Origin: a virus
Taxonomy: Duplodnaviria; Caudoviricetes
Direction: 5' to 3' (one strand)
IMG/VR virus record: IMGVR_UViG_3300044878_000075
Span: 1 to 47,146 of that record
DNA: 47,146 bases
Shown here piece by piece: positions 43,635 to 47,146 of the stretch. Below the pieces are notes generated by a model. The model saw nothing but the letters and a program-made list of their open reading frames with translations, was not told the origin of the DNA and made no database searches. Numbering within the stretch: position 1 is the stretch's first letter; each line of letters opens with the position of its first letter. The position numbers and the translations under genes are program-made.

Positions 43635-44363
43635 TTACGCCACTGTGACGGTGCAGCTAGCGCTCTTAGTCGGGTCGCTGACAGAGGTAGCAGTTACAAC
43701 GCTGGTGCCGGCGGCGACGCCAGTGACGATGCCGCTTGCGTTAACTGTGGCTTTCGCAGGGGTAGCGCTAGACCATGTTACTGCCTGACTTGCAGCGTTC
43801 GGGAACACATGCGACAGCAGGTTGGTGGTAAGGCCAACAGCTACGGTGGCGGTTGCTGGGCTTACAGTTACAGAGGTAACAGCAATCGGTGTTGGCGCGG
43901 TGATAACGCTTGGCAGACCGCCAGGACGCGAAGTTGCGCTTGCAGTCATCGAGTAAGTGGCTACGTCGTCGTACGGATACTCTTCGCTGAACTCTGTCAG
44001 AACGCAGAACGAGGTGGTAGTGTTGATTGGGCCAGTTAGGCGCATCCACACATACGGCTGAGGGTCAGTCTCGAAGTGATTCGACAGAAGCTGCTGATTG
44101 GAGGTGGTGCCATCGTCGCGCTTGGTAACGCCGTCAATCGACAGCTCAAACGTTTTGTAGGTGATCAGCGTGTCACGGAAGCTGCCAACAGAATCGTCAG
44201 CAGTCGCATCAACAGTGTCAGCCGACATGGTTTTAGACTTGTTCCGAGCTGCGCCAAGTGGCAGCCACGTCAAAGTCAGCGGGTCTACATCACCGCAAGC
44301 AAGTGCGAACTCAGCGAGAACGCTCTTGCCTACGAACTTGTCCGAGGCGCAGTTCAAAGCCAT
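43635..44363 (-). CDS. Major tail (tube) protein with C-terminal Ig-like (Big_2) domain
   Basis: PYDDVATYS; VTSVTVSP...VTWSS...ATV...G.VTGV..G. Confidence 0.92.
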   Translation of the reverse strand: MALNCASDKFVGKSVLAEFALACGDVDPLTLTWLPLGAARNKSKTMSADTVDATADDSVGSFRDTLITYKTFELSIDGVTKRDDGTTSNQQLLSNHFETDPQPYVWMRLTGPINTTTSFCVLTEFSEEYPYDDVATYSMTASATSRPGGLPSVITAPTPIAVTSVTVSPATATVAVGLTTNLLSHVFPNAASQAVTWSSATPAKATVNASGIVTGVAAGTSVVTATSVSDPTKSASCTVTVA

Positions 44364-44416
44364 TTCAAATTACCTTTAGGGTTGATTTTTATCGCCCAAA
44401 TTGAGCAGATACGCAT

Positions 44417-44425
44417 AGTTTAACA
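44417..44425 (-). promoter_or_regulatory. Extended -10 TGTTAAACT upstream of major tail gene
   Basis: Matches late-class pattern. Confidence 0.45.
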
Positions 44426-44806
44426 CGTCAGTTCGAAGTTAATTTCTACCCATGGCCTGCTCGTTTCCGTGTAATACGGACCCTGTACGCTGCCTATTGG
44501 GCGAATCTGCATCATGCAGCTAGTTGAAAAGTTCGCCACCGCTGCATCGAATAGCGATTCAGCAAACAATTCTGCCGGCTCTGTATCTCCTAGAGATCGG
44601 CCATTAGCACGACCAGTAACAATCACGCGGATATGCGGGTACTGTATATCGCCATTTGGCGTGCGCCCGGAATCAGACCAGACGGCCACGAACTTCTTTG
44701 CCGAATTATTCGTCTCTTCCCACATGCCGCGACTGATCGTATAGCCGGCAGTCGAAACATACGCCTCTAGCCAGTCACGAAATAGGTTGATCGGTGTATG
44801 GCTCAT
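44420..44806 (-). CDS. Tail terminator protein
   Basis: Position before tube gene; P..TE..RP motif. Confidence 0.75.
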   Translation of the reverse strand: MSHTPINLFRDWLEAYVSTAGYTISRGMWEETNNSAKKFVAVWSDSGRTPNGDIQYPHIRVIVTGRANGRSLGDTEPAELFAESLFDAAVANFSTSCMMQIRPIGSVQGPYYTETSRPWVEINFELTC

Positions 44807-45219
44807 TTTAGTTTCATGTACCTTTCAACTACAGCGTCAATGTCTGCCCTAGCATCAGGCTCTTCGAATGCCTTCTTGAGGAATTCAGGTTCAGCATCAG
44901 GGTCCCAAAAGTTGCCGCGTGACGGATCGTTCTTGGCGCGAGGAATATTCTTGCCAAGCGTTGTGCCTTTCTTGTCGTGAACGGCTGCTGCGTATGCCGC
45001 TGTGTAGCCTAGCATTGCCGTAACACCATTAGAGGACTTTCCAATATGCCGGAACTGACTATTGATCAGATTACTCGTGTCAATAGGTGTCATTGTCGCG
45101 GCGAATCCACCAGCAACAATCATAACCTCTGTTAGCGCCTTCTCTGCCATAGGGCCTGAGATCTCGCCCATCAGCCTATGCAGTTGCTGGCGAACCTCCT
45201 TCAGCCCCTTAACTGGCAT
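44803..45219 (-). CDS. Tail completion/neck protein (HK97 gp10-like)
   Basis: TPIDTSNL.NS, YAAAVH, FL.KA. Confidence 0.85.
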   Translation of the reverse strand: MPVKGLKEVRQQLHRLMGEISGPMAEKALTEVMIVAGGFAATMTPIDTSNLINSQFRHIGKSSNGVTAMLGYTAAYAAAVHDKKGTTLGKNIPRAKNDPSRGNFWDPDAEPEFLKKAFEEPDARADIDAVVERYMKLK

Positions 45220-45563
45220 CAGACAGTCTCCAAATCATACTCATCCTCATATCCAAACGCGGACATGCCATGACGAGCAATCTTGCGGATCTCTGCGGCA
45301 TAAACTGCATCCCATGCTTGCGCGGTAGTATCACCGTACGCGATCCGGTCCAAGTAAGCGGGCCGTGTGTCTCCTGTGTAATAAATGTCGCGAGTAACGA
45401 ATTCTGCGCCTTCTTGGTCGCGTGATTGGCGCGATACGCCTTCGTTGCCGCAAAGGATTGTGTAGGGGGTTCCGTATGTTACGCCGCCGCCCCAATCGCT
45501 CTCTGCGAGCCTAGGGTAGATCGTGGCAGTGTCGATCATGTACCACGCGGACATGAAGGCCAT
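45219..45563 (-). CDS. Head closure protein
   Basis: 114 aa in the connector gene order; G.EFV motif. Confidence 0.7.
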   Translation of the reverse strand: MAFMSAWYMIDTATIYPRLAESDWGGGVTYGTPYTILCGNEGVSRQSRDQEGAEFVTRDIYYTGDTRPAYLDRIAYGDTTAQAWDAVYAAEIRKIARHGMSAFGYEDEYDLETV

Positions 45564-45564
45564 G

Positions 45565-45690
45565 CTAGCGCTCCTTTGGCGGCTGAGGATTACCCTTGCC
45601 GCTGTCTACAGGCTGATAACCGCTACCACCTTTGCCGTCGAATACCTCAACGAATCGGAATCCTGATTTAGTCCATACGAGACACATCAT
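45565..45690 (-). CDS. 41-aa protein (not in ORF track), GYQP...NPQPPKER
   Basis: TAATG coupling; fills the gap exactly. Confidence 0.6.
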   Translation of the reverse strand: MMCLVWTKSGFRFVEVFDGKGGSGYQPVDSGKGNPQPPKER

Positions 45691-46088
45691 TAGCAGCACT
45701 TCCCGCCAGTTGATACCCATAGACCGGCAGATGCGCCAGGTTCGGCGGGGATAACGGAATCAGTGCAGCCTGACGTGTCGAGCATGCGCAGAGAATTCAG
45801 CATGCCGCGATACTTGTCTTGTAGGTTGTTGTAGCGGAAGGACTGAGACGCGCCGCTTGGAGCCGTCTGTGAACTGATGTACTTGTCGCCAGCAACGATC
45901 CCGTAAAGGCTCAGCGTATACAGGTAGATCAGCAGTTGCGTCGATGCAGGATAACCAGCGCCATCGAGGCAAGGCTGAATGATCGCAACCGTATCAAGCC
46001 ACGCCTGCAAAATGAAATCTGGCGGCAACGGTACGCCGATAGACGTAAGGTACTGCTTAAGCTCGTCGAGAGTCGGCATTTTCGCCAC
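45690..46088 (-). CDS. Head-tail adaptor protein
   Basis: ISSQ.APSGAS.SF, LD..GC; start may be ATG 46079. Confidence 0.75.
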   Translation of the reverse strand: MAKMPTLDELKQYLTSIGVPLPPDFILQAWLDTVAIIQPCLDGAGYPASTQLLIYLYTLSLYGIVAGDKYISSQTAPSGASQSFRYNNLQDKYRGMLNSLRMLDTSGCTDSVIPAEPGASAGLWVSTGGKCC

Positions 46089-46106
46089 CTGAAAATAGTT
46101 TGGCCT

Positions 46107-46151
46107 ATTTTAGCATGAGGGGTTGACGCGAAATCGAAGCGGCTATAGAGT
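46107..46151. promoter_or_regulatory. Divergent pair: TGCTAAAAT (minus) and TTGACG-17-TAGAGT (plus)
   Basis: 46107-46115 and 46123-46151. Confidence 0.75.
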
Positions 46152-46180
46152 CCGACTCACCAAAACAGAGGATTGCACAA

Positions 46181-46453
46181 ATGGGCATTGATTCGGCAGC
46201 ATCTATTTTTGTTGGCCGTCCACGGGACGATGGTGATTTTGAACAGCTAATCGACGAGGACGAGCTTGAGGTTTGCCCGCCATATTACGATGGTGGCAGT
46301 GATGGTCTTGTAGGATTTCATTACGCGCTGAGTCCAGATTATTCGCCATGCGAGATTAGCTGGGATCAGTCGGAGGTTGATTCTCTTAAGCAGAGATTCA
46401 AACTGCTAACAGGGATTGACGCGAAGGTCTGGCTCAGTCCGAACATCTCATAA
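46181..46453 (+). CDS. Moron: small acidic hypothetical protein
   Basis: GAGG SD, own promoter and terminator. Confidence 0.8.
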   Translation: MGIDSAASIFVGRPRDDGDFEQLIDEDELEVCPPYYDGGSDGLVGFHYALSPDYSPCEISWDQSEVDSLKQRFKLLTGIDAKVWLSPNIS

Positions 46454-46456
46454 AAC

Positions 46457-46482
46457 AAAGCCCTCTACATGAGGGCTTTTTT
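46457..46482. terminator. Bidirectional terminator
   Basis: AAAGCCCTC-tacat-GAGGGCTTT-TTT; stem shared with 473-493. Confidence 0.85.
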
Positions 46483-46488
46483 ACGCCA

Positions 46489-47146
46489 TCAGGAAAGCGG
46501 CAGATCCGTTCCGCCTTCGAACCACGTCAAATAAGACGAAACCTCTTGAGCCGCGCCTGAGTCATTGGTGATTCGCTGAAGGTAGGTAGTGTTCGGAGCC
46601 AGCAGGCGCTCAATGCCGAGAGTCGAATAGGTGCTAAGGCTTGAGTTCCCCTGACCTGCCGACCCGATGTCGAATGTAGGTGCGCCGAACTCTGTGCCGA
46701 CGACAGTAACGGTCGCGCCAGTTCGGATTACTACTGATCCGGCTACAGGGTTTCGATCGTTAAGGTTGAAGTAAGGCGTGATCGTACCACCAGTGTACGT
46801 CGGCGCGCGATATACGCGGGTGGTCAGGTGCGTACCGTTGAACTTGACTAGGCGATTCTTGATAACCACAGGATTCGCGCCAGTCGTAAAGATCACGTCG
46901 ATATTCGCGCCGTTAGCCAGCGCCAGGTTATCGCTTGAGATCTCGTACTGAACGCCGTTCTTTACATTGGCCTCGACGTAGTTCTGGAAGGTTAGCGCAC
47001 GAAGCCCGCTGAATGCTCCTGCTGGAATGCCTGAGCTTGCATCGTCGCCGCGCCATACCTTGAGCGCTGCCGTGGTCGCTCCGGTCCCAGTGAGTGATAC
47101 GCGAAGCCTGCCAGCCGGACCCTCAAAGGCCCATTGATGCAGCGCC
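46489..47146 (-). CDS. 3' part of the join-spanning ~281-aa virion-associated protein
   Basis: Open frame from the contig end to TGA at 46489. Confidence 0.8.
   Translation of the reverse strand, partial: ALHQWAFEGPAGRLRVSLTGTGATTAALKVWRGDDASSGIPAGAFSGLRALTFQNYVEANVKNGVQYEISSDNLALANGANIDVIFTTGANPVVIKNRLVKFNGTHLTTRVYRAPTYTGGTITPYFNLNDRNPVAGSVVIRTGATVTVVGTEFGAPTFDIGSAGQGNSSLSTYSTLGIERLLAPNTTYLQRITNDSGAAQEVSSYLTWFEGGTDLPLS

Noticed and set aside
47020-47146. 127-bp direct terminal repeat as a biological DTR
   Set aside because: Length equals a standard assembler k-mer and it falls mid-gene; the terminase type suggests headful packaging

Overview
Apparently complete ~47.0-kb siphovirus genome. 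Bases 1-127 repeat at 47020-47146 and one ORF reads in frame across the join, so this is a circular or permuted contig of 47,019 bp. The host is probably a Pseudomonas-like gammaproteobacterium (inference only). Modules: P22-gp3-like TerS and PBSX-type TerL; DUF1073 portal, Mu-F/SPP1-gp7 head protein, DUF2213 protease, decoration protein and major capsid; non-contractile tail with two tailspikes, one ending in a NAGPA-type phosphodiester glycosidase domain; lambdoid-type replication (DUF1376 initiator, DnaC-like loader, DnaB, RusA); RecE-like exonuclease and SSB; a split lysis cassette; many small early genes. No integrase, CI repressor, DNA polymerase, tRNA or CRISPR array was recognised. Most notable unexplained structure: (1) a ~650-nt ORF-free, highly structured minus-strand ncRNA locus (9983-10640) with its own promoters and terminator, in a phage that also encodes a ProQ/FinO RNA chaperone, an anti-Shine-Dalgarno hairpin and a ~100-nt stand-alone micro-peptide/sRNA unit; (2) a dispersed 14-bp palindrome RTTCTCYGGARAAC (7 copies); (3) a repeated back-to-back promoter architecture whose one broken instance points to a ~4.1-kb inversion of the portal segment. 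All family assignments come from motif recognition by eye, and all RNA folds are hand-derived; no searches or folding programs were run.
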